Shown here piece after piece: positions 11,850 through 24,357 of a stretch of 64,000 nt of DNA. The stretch is taken from NCBI RefSeq assembly GCF_964355755.1, contig NC_092670.1, positions 23,980,795 through 24,044,794 of the forward strand. The letters are read 5' to 3'. Source of the DNA: Antedon mediterranea. Lineage: Eukaryota > Animalia > Echinodermata. Every line of letters begins with the position of its first letter. Position 1 is the first letter of the stretch. A program made the translations under genes and the position numbers. Under the pieces are notes generated by a model. The model ran no database searches. It was given only the letters and a program-made list of their open reading frames with translations, and was not told where the DNA came from.

Positions 11850-13851
11850 AAAAACCCTGGAATATAATTAATAACATTCTCCGTAAACACCACAAAGACG
11901 CTACCTAGTTATTTTACAGATAATGGTACAAAAATTACTGACCCATCTCAAATTGCCAATAAATTCAATCGCTATTTTACTGATATTGGACCTAAACTTT
12001 CTTCTAAAATTTCGGCTACTCATGACAACTTTACTGATTATCTAAGGAATCCCACTCAAAATTCAATTTTCTTCCAACCTAAATCTGGTAAAGAGATTCT
12101 TGAAATAATTTCTAATCTGAAAAACAGTAAAAGTGTCGGCCTTGATGATATTGAACCCACGATTATTAAAGAAATTGGACCTTTTATTACCAGACCCCTT
12201 ACCCACATCTTTAATCTATCACTAACTAATGGTGTATTTCCATCATCCTTAAAAATCGCCAAAGTAATTCCAATTCATAAAAAAAATTATTCACATTCCT
12301 TTGAAAACTACCGTCCAATCTCAATTTTTCCTTGCTTTTCTAAAATACTCGAACGCCTTATACAATAGACTTTACAACTTTCTTTCTTCACATAAATCTT
12401 GTCATGATAACCAATATGGCTTCAGAAAAAAACATTCTACCGATCTTGCAGTCTTTTTGACATTCAAAGTAAAATCTCTAACGCCTTATCTAAAAACCAC
12501 CATACTATTGGCTTATTTTTGGACTTGTCTAAAGCATTTGACACTATTAACCACACAATTCTTTTAACTAAACTAAGTCACTATGGTGTCCGCGGAACTC
12601 CTCTATTTCTACTTTCTAACTATCTTCAAAACAGACAACAAATCACCTCTTTCAGCTCCTACTCCTCAGTTTTTCCCATAACCTGCGGTGTGCCCCAAAA
12701 ATCAATTCTTGGTCCTCTACTTTTTCTCATCTATGTCAACGACATCATCAACGCTTCCAACTCTTTTGAATACGTCCTGTTTGTCGACGACACGAACATG
12801 TTTTCCTCCCACCCTGACTACAACACCTTAACCAGAATTTTTAATAAGGAAATAAAACATATATCTCACTGGTTTAGACTTATAGACTCTCACTAAATAT
12901 AAACAAAACTGAATATATACACTTTTCTCCAAATAGAACACAATGACAATCAAAACAAAATCCATATAGAAAACACTCCTATCAAAAGGGTTACTTATTC
13001 TCAGTTCCTTGGTGTAACTATAGATGATAACTTAAACTGGAAAACCCATATAATAAATATAACTAATACAATTTAAAAAAACATCGGTGTCTTAAAAAAA
13101 CTTAAATATATTCTACCCTCTAATATCCTCTTTTCTTTATATAACACATTAATTTTACCTCATCTATCCTATTGTAACATTGCTTGGGGAATTACAGATA
13201 CTACAAATAAAACTCTCTGTCCATGGACTTCCACACATATTTCTAAATTAGACAAACTCTTTAAACTCCAAAAACGGGCTATTCGCTTTTTTACCAATTC
13301 TCACTATATAGCCCACACAAAGTCCATTTTCTTTAAACTTAATACCCTAAACATCTTCGGAATTCTATCAGATACCGTAACCATGGTCCTCTAGTATGGA
13401 ATAATTTAAGTCAATCCTTACTAAATACTAATAACTTAAATATATTCAAATTCCTTTTATCACAATACAGATCGCATTAATAAAACTTTTTCATTAAACT
13501 TATTTTTTCTAACCTCCTGCAAGTATATATGATAGTACATATGCTATACCCTTTACGTTTGTCCTCTTGTTGTGTTTGTGTTGTCCTGTAGCGTAATTGT
13601 GTATTAGAAATATATATATATATATATATTATATTATTTCTACTACTTTAATTAATTTTTAATTATTGTTTATTGTATTTGATACAATTATTAGTGTATT
13701 TTGTACTGGTGAAACCAGGCTTAAAGCTCTATATTGAGCTTATTTGGTCTTTTCCAGGCTTTGCATTTTTTTCATTTAATACCTTGAATTATTCTGTAAA
13801 AATATTAAGTTTGATGCATTGTGAAATAAAAACGAACGAACGAACGAACGA
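11850..13851 (+). mobile_element. 5'-truncated, frameshifted non-LTR retrotransposon (CR1/L2 group, Crack/Daphne-like ORF2 reverse transcriptase)
   Basis: Translated pieces IANKFNRYFTDIGPKL, FPSSLKIAKVIPIHKK, NYRPISI, NQYGFRKKHST, DLSKAFDTINH, GVPQKSILGPLLFLIYVND, LFVDDT and HGPLVWNNL. 3'UTR ends AATAAA followed by (AACG)5. Confidence 0.93.
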
Positions 13852-14186
13852 ATTGGTGACCCGTTCCCAGTACCTCGTTACAATGTGTATTTTGTACGTA
13901 TACTGTAGTGTCTTGTAACGAGACGCCAGGTCCATATTGTAAAATGATATAGATACTCCTCGTAATGTTTTTTTCAATTCAATATTATTTATAATTCTCA
14001 TCAGGGGTATATTACTGATACTTTATTAAATTAGTTTCACCGCTTTGGCATTAAGCATTTTTTATTTCTCGAGAGGCATTGGATTAAGCTTGTTTTTTAA
14101 AATATAACATAGACAATTGACCTCACAAGGTAGGTCAGTTTCTATTACATTAAGCCTATACAAACTTATCAGCAGTCACTATGGTA

Positions 14187-14690
14187 TTAAAGCTCGGTTC
14201 CCATCTAAAGCGTGGCTGCAAAAATCGCAGGTTTGATTTCACGCAGACGAGGGCAAACACAATTATTGAAAGGGCATTTTCTTACGTTGCGTAGGTTGCG
14301 TTACGTTGCGTCGCTAGTAAGAACCAAGCTTAACGCGTGGTTCCCACTAGCGACGCAACACAAGGACGTAACGCAACGCAACTGAATTGACCAATCACTA
14401 ACTGTCTATAACTTCGCTTGTCATTGGTTAAAACGCTTGCGTTGCGTTTACGTTCTAGTGGGAACCAAGCTTTAGACATAACGCAACGTACGTGCATTGA
14501 CAATCACAGGCTACAGTTGTAATGACCCATTGCGTCGTGAGTGATCTTCCTAGTTGGAAGCAAACATTGTATTCCACGCAGGGACGTAAACGCAACGCAG
14601 TAATTTATCACAAGCTACAGTTCCGCTCGTGGTTGGTCAATTATTACTTGTGTTGCGCGTACATTCTTGAGTTGCTTGGTAACCAAACAG
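14187..14690. mobile_element. Cluster of MITE family A copies joined end to end
   Basis: Repeated GGTTCCCACTAG/CTAGTGGGAACC termini and ACGCAACG subterminal repeats; clean copy at ~14335-14471. Confidence 0.85.
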
Positions 14691-15656
14691 TGTATAATAT
14701 TGAGATATTATTATATAAACGCATGTATTTACGTCTTAGTAGCATTCACGATGAATAAGTATGATTATCATCTTCCATGGCACCCTAATGCAGCATTAAC
14801 ATTCACTCATCAATCAATGCATGGATATACTAGTGCGTTGAACTTTAGTTATTGTATGTATTCCCCTGTTCCAGTCAGTATGTTTTTTATATTTTGTGAT
14901 GCATGAAATTTGATTTTATTCAAATACATACGCAACGTCAGGAATTGAGGAAAATGGTAGTAGGCCTAAACACAAACACAAAGCGACAAATTACTGTAGG
15001 CCCTTGTGATGAGTGTTTGATAAAAACTCTTTCACGTGGTAACATTTAAATATATTGCATAATGTATATACTATAATATAGTCTAAACATTATATATATT
15101 ATATGCTTAGGGTATGTAGGCAGGTCAGTTCACCTGTGGAGTGAATTATTATTATTCGGGATACACAGTACGAAGGACCCAGGTAACATGAAAGTTTATA
15201 ATGTGTGTCGTCCACCTAATAGGCCGGATCGCAGGTCATTTCCCAACATTTCTATTCACCTTTTCATACCCGGTAAAAATAGCAATGTCTAACGCACATC
15301 TTTCTTGTATATGTCTTGGTAGATACATTGAGAAATCACACATGTACATGCATGCAGTTGTTCCGATATCAGTTGTTACAATCTTTAGGAAACTCTATAG
15401 AGTATTAGGAACGAACCGCCATGTTTCCAGTGAATGTTTTTCAATTTAAATTCAAATGTAATTTATTAGTGAAATGTTCATACCATGAATAAACATTTGA
15501 ATTGTTATGGCGAGACAAATTGATTAGTTTATGCTTGAAATGATTTCAAATGAAGTTTCATTAACTTTTTGCTTCGTGTTTAGAATAATGAACAAGTAGA
15601 ATTAGTTTTCAATATTACACAATCAGAATATGTTAGTTCGGAATTAAATTAAGTTA

Positions 15657-16100
15657 AAGCTTGGTTCCCACTAGAACGCAACGCGAGACGTAAGTGCAAC
15701 GTACATAACGCATTGGTTCTAACTAAAACGCAAGCAATCGAGTTGACCAATCACAAGCGACAGTTTGGATAATCAATCGCTTGTGTGATTGGTTAAATTG
15801 AATACGTTGCGTTACGTCCTAGTGGAAACCAAGCTTAATTTTTGTAAAGTAGGCGTTGTGAGTACGTCCGTATTGTGTTGCATCCTAGTAGGAACCAAGT
15901 TTAATAATTTGTTTGAAGAAACTGTCTCTGTGAATTCATTATTTTTTATTTTCAAAATCTAAGTCGTACAGTATATAACACTCAAACGCAACATAACGAC
16001 GTATTAGTCTTGCGAAGGTGCGGTCACTTCCTAATGCTTGGTTCCCACTAGTGACGCAACATAACGCATTGCGTTGCGTCCTAGTGGGAAGCATGCTTTA
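15657..16100. mobile_element. MITE family A copy (15658..15835) plus fragments
   Basis: TAA|AGCTTGGTTCCCACTAG ... CTAGTGGAAACCAAGCT|TAA; internally deleted copy at ~16035-16098. Confidence 0.85.
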
Positions 16101-16992
16101 GGACAATTTATACAGACAACGGTAACGGTAAACGGAAAACAAAAATAGATTCTATATGTTTTCCAATAAAGCACTAAATGATGTAAAAGCACTAAATGAT
16201 GTACTTACACTAATTATTATGTTATAGAAACACAGGTGAGATTATACATGCAATTAATCATGATTGACCTAAAATATCTACATTACGTAACATTTACGTT
16301 TTAAAAAGTGAAAAACTCCAAAAAAACACCAACATATTATTCGAACTATATTATCATTATGCTTCATATCTTTTGAATTGAAAGTTGGTCAAGAACGAAC
16401 ACAAAGACAGATTGTTAACTACACTAGGCCTAAATGTATAATTTTATAGTAGAGCATGGAGTAATTACTTAAGGGAGGAAGGTTGTAGTCAGGAGACAAG
16501 AAACTGCAGATGTTGTTTATTGTCTCTAGACATAATACCGTAAAAGAATCGGGTACTTAAGTAAGTGTTATAAATTTACTGTGTTATTGTCTTCTATTAA
16601 GTTTCCCATGGCTTGAGTATAGGCATGAACGGATCGTAATATTTATTAGTTATTGCCGCAAAACTATGACGATTGTCTTAGCCGTTTTCTTACGCCAGCA
16701 CTGATATTTCAAAGTGTTCCCGACACGTACAGTAAGCTTTTAGTCATTCCCATAATTTTCAATTTATATTATAAATAGAACACGTATAACGAGAGATATA
16801 AATACACCTCTGTCAGAATGCCTCCGAGAACTACGTATTTAATAACAATCAAACGTTTAGTTCTCCCGGGCGATAGGCTTAGAAAACTGATTTGATTAAA
16901 ACATACCTCCCTGCGACACTTTACAATACACGTGATGCATACAATATAAAATTCCGGTAATACATTTTGGGTTATATTTAGGCACTTTAAAA

Positions 16993-17108
16993 AACAAGGC
17001 CATACATGGCTGCAGTCGCGTGCTCAAGTTAGTGTTTACCAACCAACCAACTGACCGACCAACCGACCAACCAACCAACCGACCGACATAGTGGGCTGTG
17101 AGCTGTAG
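16993..17108. mobile_element. Short Helentron-associated (HINE/DINE-1-like) element with (ACCR)n microsatellite
   Basis: AACAAGGCCATACATGGCT...GTTAGTGTTTACC(AACC/GACC)n GACATAGTG; homologous to 40933..41046. Confidence 0.6.
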
Positions 17109-17696
17109 ACAAAATTGCCTTTAGTACCATAGGCTAATATGTATAAAACTCGATCGTATATATTTTCGAACAATACATCACTTTGTTGCAAAAACATTGG
17201 CCTATACTCCTCTTTCAATTGGCACATTAAAACAAATCCAATTCAATGTTCAGCGCACTTTAATATCCTCTGTCTAGGTTTACAGCAGACAAGACAGTGC
17301 ATGATATCTTTAAAAATTAACAGATTATCTTTCGAACAAAGACTTAATTATGATATTATCGTGATTTAAACAGGCTGATGTAGCTGTCATTAGTCTATCA
17401 ATTAAGGTAATGACGTGTTAGCTTAACAAACTGTTTTGGATGAATTATTGGATAAATGCAAATTATCTGTTCGCACGTTCGCATTGTTTTTATTATATAA
17501 CGAATCCTAATTGGCTATTTATTTCGGTAAAAGATATTTTTGGATGCTATTCTTGGAAAACGTACGTACCTCAGGTTGTTGTTTATTTGTGATCAAACTT
17601 TAGTTTATTTTGTATAATAACAGCATGTCTAATTAGGCTTGTAAGTGGTATTTAGGTTTGTAAGTGGGATTAAACTGTTTATTTTTTTACCCTACT

Positions 17697-17890
17697 AAAG
17701 AGTGGTTACCACACTAGGACGCAATGGACGAAGCGTACGAAATAAAAAAAAAAGAAGCGCAATATTGAAGTCATTTGACACGTGGTTGGTTCATCCAAAC
17801 TATCGCTTAATGTGATTGGCCAACTCACTTTTGCGTTGCGCCTACGTCGTTACGTTGCATCATGTTGGTTGATGGTGGGAACCATCCTTT
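17697..17890. mobile_element. Diverged MITE family A copy
   Basis: AAAGAGTGGTTACCACACTAGGACGCAA ... GTGATTGGCCAAC...GTTGCGCCTACGTC...GGTGGGAACCATCCTTTA. Confidence 0.7.
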
Positions 17891-20800
17891 ATAGCACTCA
17901 TAGAATTGAAGTATGGCGATCCTTGTTATGATGGGATGATGTATTATAGACGGATGTGGTGAGTATAATTCCAGTATACATCATTTATTGATTGATTGAT
18001 TTATTAATGATATAAGCCAGCACACATCACAGATTTTATCACTGATCATACGACTATATGCAATTATATCCTTAAACTTAAAAATGAAGATTTAGTTTAA
18101 TATTATTTATCGATGGATCAATCGGGATCTTTCAATACTGTATGTTATAATCGTAAAGTCATCCATTTTATTTCATTAATTGCGTTTGTTAAACGACATT
18201 ACTTCCATAGAATTAACTTTGTAGACTGGCAACATTACATGTATTCAGTCTTTTCAGATTGTAGATTAATTCTTAGTTTTCCATAAATCAGCGCCTTGAA
18301 TTGTTAAAACGGTAATTTGAGTAGATAAATAATAATGTACAGGTATTGATATATTTGATTGGTAATTGATTGATTTTTTGATTAACTTTCAAAATTATTT
18401 TGTTTCACTTTATATTATACTTCCAAACGTTCATTCCATTTCCTAACTCTTTCTTCATTATAACTCGCATATCAATCATGTTATTCATTCAAACATATTG
18501 CACGCAGCTAGTTTTACAAAACCGTAAACATTTATATAATAATAGATCCTACGTGTTATGATATTTGCTCTCGTATATCCGGCACTAAAATTCAAAAACA
18601 ACATTTAAGTAAATATTCGATTAGGCCCACAAAAGCCAATTTGAATTGTCGGCTTAAATTTGTTCGGTCTAGTCTGCTTGACAACTGATTATTTGTATGG
18701 GTTCTGCTATTATAATAATACTATGTGTAGTTATTAGGAAATCATGGAAATATAAATTTGCATTGGCAGTTAAGTAGTGACGTCACCGTTAACCCTGGAG
18801 TTACCCTTTAAGTTCAAACATCATCACATTTATACAGCTATTAGTTTTGCTACACTCTTGTTTATTGAATTTCGTTGTATTATGCTATCTATTTTATCTA
18901 CCACTGATGATGAGGCATAAGCCTATTAATTCATTTCACAATATTCCAATGTTTGTTTACCGTGTTCCTTACGTTTATTTTATACCATCGCGCCATAAAC
19001 ACACGAATGATTTGTTAAGGTAGATTTGCAAATAACATATTATCTGAGGACAATTTATAGGTCCGTATCGGACACTAAAAAAGTTTTATTTACACATTAA
19101 TTAATCAGCAAAGGGCATGCGTACCAATATTCTAAACTCATTCTGAACTGGGATCGTACGCTATGCTGAGTAGAGATCAGCATACCAGAAAAGCAGCTGA
19201 TAAAACCGTTTAAGCCAAACCTGGGGCAATATTGAAGACCAATTCATATGAAGTTTATATTAATTACGAGTTAAACCGACTTTTGCATTTTAATTCAGCA
19301 CGTTATTTTGTAAACGTATATTTACTTTGGGTATTATGTTTGTTTTTGTCAGTGTGTCAGGGCTAGACTATGGCACGCGCGTTGAACAAAATGCAACCGG
19401 TGGCAAATTGCCTTCCGATAATTATCATTATTGGCCTAATTGCGGTATTCTTAACCTATATCTCTGTACTTTTTACCGAAAGTATTCTCTAAGTAAATAA
19501 GGACATGGATTATACGACGGTATAAGGTTGGAACTATATACAGACAACTATTAACCAATCAGTGAACATTAAACTACTGATAAGTAGGCCTACGCGCTAG
19601 ACGATGCAATGACGTAACTATACGCATGCACTACGAATCATTCGGCAATTCACTGTACTTTTGGACTGGTCGATTTCGTCCTCGTCTTACACACTCTCCA
19701 TGACTAATAAGAGTAGGCCTACCAATCGGGAATTAAAATATCCGAGATTAAACAGGTCGTGGCATACATTCACTCCATTCCCTGCGCATGCGTAGTATCA
19801 ACATTATCCGTTGATAACTAATTAGACATAGTATAGCTGTATACTTTATGGCTAATAAATATAGGCCTTTTAGTGAACATGAAATATAATTCTTTCTCAA
19901 CGTAATAAAAATGTGTTTTTAACGAGTTAACTTCATCGACCCGATTACACAGAATGATATGTACAAATATATCAATTTAGTTTTAATGGTGTTACATTAA
20001 GCCTATTTTCAGTGATGTAAGAAGAAATTGTAATTTTAAAACAAGAATTTAAAAAATATAAATAATTTGACACGCTGTGTTGATATTAGATGACTTCAAG
20101 AGTTTAGTTTGATTTGAATTATTAATTTAAATGATACAGTAGTATGGTGCTGCATCAGCCCATGGGACCTGCAGTATCATGCCAAGAGAAAATAAACATG
20201 GTCAAGTATTGTGTTTGCTGAACAGGCCTATTATCAATATAGCACATCACCTATTAACTAATCCTCTAAATGATCTCTCACTATAATTATACAGTATCCC
20301 ATATGGGATGAAGATTGCTGTGAGAAGACTTGATACTGCAAAATGTTCTTTATTGTCGCAGACATGATACTGCTAGTCATGCATCAGGACGGTAGCATCT
20401 TTCCAAGCATTGAATTAATATATGCAATTATCGACGTGTTTGAAATCATGTTTTAATGTTTCGGTGGCACTGATATTTATTTTATAAACATTTCTTCAAG
20501 GCGTCGTGTATTTAATTGCGTAATAAATGTATTATTACAATGCATACGGCTAGAGATTAATTAAAAACGCGTTGTCAACACTTCCATGAAACAACTGAAA
20601 TATAAATTAAATTGAGTATATAGGCTACAGTAGGCCTACATTGGAGAACTGCCTTTCTACACACTTTTAATTCGCTACTTGCGTTGATTGAAATAAGTTA
20701 TCTTTGTTTAATATGAGCTCACTGGTTTCAATTTAAAACAAAGTTAAAGTCTGAGTTCACTGTGCCAATGCGTCACCCTGACCATAAACGCGTCAAGATA

Positions 20801-23371
20801 AAACAATCAATGTGTACGATTTATTGTGGCACGAAGAATTGAAACGAGTTGTGCTTGATTTATTTACAACCCAAGTTATACAAGAAGGTTTAATTTATAA
20901 ACTTAGGCTTCCAAATTGTTGAAAGTATAACATCCACATATTGCATGCAGTCAAAAATAATTAATTGGTATACTATGAATGTGTTGCGACTTATGGCACC
21001 GGGTATGGCACAACTAACCCGAACGAGGAGGTAGGATTGACTATTTCTGAAGAAATAAACAATGATGATTACAGTGCTGCGAACAGGGTGAGAGTTCCAG
21101 AAAGACGAAATAACGTTATAATATACATGTCTAAGTTTTGTCCTAAAAACGTGCTGTCGATCTGAGCCCGTATTGGCAATCAACGAGTCGCCAGCTAGCT
21201 CTAAACGCTGATGTACTTTTATTTGACTCATTTCCCACATGACCCGATATAGGAACAAAAAATAATGTTGATACTTTATGCGTTCCGATTATTAGTAAAT
21301 ATCAGATTCATTGCGCGCAATCTATTATTAATTGAAATCATGTGGTAAAAAGATTATTCTTGTCTGATCATGAAAGTATCTAATTATAGGGCCTATACCT
21401 CCATGGTCTGATAGCGTCAGCACTCAATCACAGTTAGTATGATTTTTATTTTGTCTTCTTTGAATTTCTAAAGAAATTGTATTAGAATATAAACAATTAA
21501 GATTGTAAATCTTTTCGTCTCCTCGCGTAAAACAATATACCAAATAAGAAAACAGATCCATTTATGCTTTCTGCGTATAATTTATGAGCGCCAAAAAAAT
21601 AGCATGATTTTGGATTGAATGTAGATATAAACACGTAATTCGTTACTATGTTTAATGATAAGTTTGCTATCTATCTCTAAGGCAAAGGACTCAATTAGTA
21701 TTATGACAGAAAAGGTTACACAGCCGAGTAACTCGTATAAAAAGGATTAACATTTCAGGTCTACAGCATATCGGCTATACTCTTGCCACCCCACCCACTT
21801 CCCCACTTCACAATGTATATACCTAAGAATCGAATATACAAGGACAGGAAGAAGCAAGTAATTATCGATAGTTTCCACTATGTTTACATTTTTTTGATTG
21901 GATAAATCATTTTTTGTGGGAGTTCACCAGTATGGTCATCAGGCTAGGCCTACTATGTTACTTTTACTACCGTAACTAAATACTGAAAAAAGTCTGCTTG
22001 TTATAGTAGAAATTGGGCAAAAAATGTATCTCATGCCCATGATATTTAAGATAATTCATATTTGGTTGTCGTGATTTCTGTACACGTGTTTAATTTATGT
22101 GAGTTTTACCAAATATTATATCTGAAATTCATAAATTCATGTAGCTGAGCCTAAAATTCTAGAATCTTATGAATTAGCGCAAGGAAGTCATCTGTTACTG
22201 ACGTTTAATTGTTTTTCTTTTCTTTTTTATGTTTCTTTGTATTGATTTTCACATGTGAAGTGAAATAAAAGGAAATGTCAAGGATTTTGTTATTGCGCTA
22301 TATATCGACTTTGGAAAATCCTAAACAAAATATTCTCACTCTATCAAACATTAATTCGCAATGCAATTAAAATTGAAACTGATATAAATTGTGTAAATAC
22401 ATAACATTAATGGTCATTTGTTTGTACCGGAGTGAACTTGATTACACTTAATATTGATTACAGTTAAAGCTGCACAGGTGGCCTAAATAAGAAGCTTGCG
22501 ATTACCGATAAGCGTCATTTATTGTGCGCATGCGCGGAAAAACTCCACACGACACAATTGTGGCTGATTCTAAGTTCTGACAGCGATAAGTGACAAAATA
22601 ATTGCGTAGGTTGTCGTAAATCGGAAGTTTAAGTTTGTCATCTCTCGGCAGAATCTGTAATACGAGTGTAAAGGATCATTTAAATTTATCGCGCGAGGTT
22701 CAAAAGTCTGTTATTACACGCGGTTTGCATGATTGGTAACAATGCTTAAGATGCGCAGCGTCCACTCGCTCCACCCGAGAGTCGTGCGTTATGCGCATAA
22801 ACAAATAATGTGTATGTGTTAACGTATTGTCTAGGGTAATAATTATATAAAGCTTAACTCACGTGAAACGACCGTCTATGACATTATTTGTAATTAATAC
22901 ATCAAATAAAATAGGCGCCGTCAAAATGACTAGATTATTTCGATGTTTGATGGGAGATTAGGTTGTTCTTGTATTCTTAATGCAGGTAAACCAATCACCT
23001 AGCAGTTAAGAACACAATTAGTTCGTCATTACGGTACTACGTCGGATAGGCTTCCAATGTACATATCTAAATCACGAAAGTGTTATTACCACAAATGCGA
23101 GCGCCCATGCAATCATAATAATAGCTCGGTTCTCTTTACAAAATTGTTTTTGCGTTATTAATAGTAGCAAAGTCGGTATAGGTACGTGTATATCATAATC
23201 TCCATCCATTTTTTTATTAATAAGTTACTGAGGATCGACGATAAGTGTAAATCCATTGTATGTATAATTATTCTTCAATGACAAACCTTTTTACATGGGT
23301 TGTTACTCTCAAGGTTGTGACTTATTTTTGAAGATACTAAATTAACCTTGGCCTTTGTATAGTTCTTCTTT

Positions 23372-23800
23372 ATTACTTTAAAGGGTATAGCTCCAGGTTA
23401 CAATTTCTTTTTAAACCCGGAGCTAACCTTTAAAGCATGAATGAGTTTTTTTTTTACTTAAAGGGGAACTCAATGTTAACATTTCTTTATTAAGCCCAGT
23501 GCTACTGTACTCTTTAAAGCATGAATGAGTTTTTTACTTAAGGGGAACTCAATGTTTAACATTTCTTTTATTGACCCCGGAGTTACTCTTTATGTATTTA
23601 CTTTAAATGGTAACTCCCGGTTTACAATTTATTTTGTTCACTATAAAATATAGCCTAAACCTTTGCAACAACATTTATAAAATAAGTGGATCAATGTTTA
23701 TAACAAACATAGCAACTTTAAACTCGAACTTACCCTTTCAAACACGAAGTTTTACATTTTTTTTTACTTAAAGGAGATCTCCGTGTTTAAAATTTTCTTT
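23372..23800. repeat. Degenerate ~75-bp tandem repeat
   Basis: Units such as TTACTTAAAGGGGAACTC...ACATTTCTTT...CCCGGAG(C/T)TA..CTTTAAAGCATGAATGAGTTTTT recur 4-5 times; a related unit resumes near 24440. Confidence 0.8.
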
Positions 23801-23823
23801 TTAACAATAAAATATATATATAT

Positions 23824-24357
23824 ATGTATTGTCCCTTGAAACACAAAAAATGAAAAAAAAATATTCAAAATTTAAATTGGCCATATCAAAGTAATAATAA
23901 AGTTATTCACTTTAAGTCGAAAATTCGAGCCAAAAACAACAGTTTACGTAATTAACAGGTAAATTAATTAGATTACATTTCGTCTGAGAAATCGTCGCAA
24001 GCGAAAGTAAACAAAGATTTCAAACCACGAGTATGCATTATGCATGATGCTAATTAGGATTGTTTACAACTCATCACGGTTGAGAAGGTGTTTTCACACA
24101 GATCGCGAGGAAGTTTTATGATTATGCATACAGAGTAGCCCAACAAGCGCATTGCATTATGGGATATGTTTTGATTGAAAACTTTGACTGGAAGTCAAAG
24201 TTATTTTTTGAACAAAAAAACATCTGTATTTCGGTTAAATTATTTTTTTTTTGAATAATTTTTGGTGAAAGTTAATAACTATTATGATATTTCAAAATGA
24301 CTGATTTCGAAATAAAAAAAAAATTTTTTTGGAATTAGTCAAAGGGACAATACATCT
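23824..24357. mobile_element. Kolobok-like MITE with the same termini as 5232..5578
   Basis: ATGTATTGTCCCTT ... AAGGGACAATACATCT|TTAA; the left flank has decayed into (TA)n. Confidence 0.75.

Noticed and set aside
12301-12896. ORFs as a functional reverse transcriptase gene
   Set aside because: Frameshifted, 5'-truncated LINE copy with altered motifs (PQKS, FVDD).
16169-16204. Short perfect duplications of 18-19 bp (also ~38333 and ~58978) and (TA)n tracts
   Set aside because: Ordinary slippage or repair duplications.
18778-18785. Isolated TGACGTCA (CRE) sites here and at ~50995 and ~60054
   Set aside because: Single 8-mers without supporting context cannot be called functional from sequence alone.
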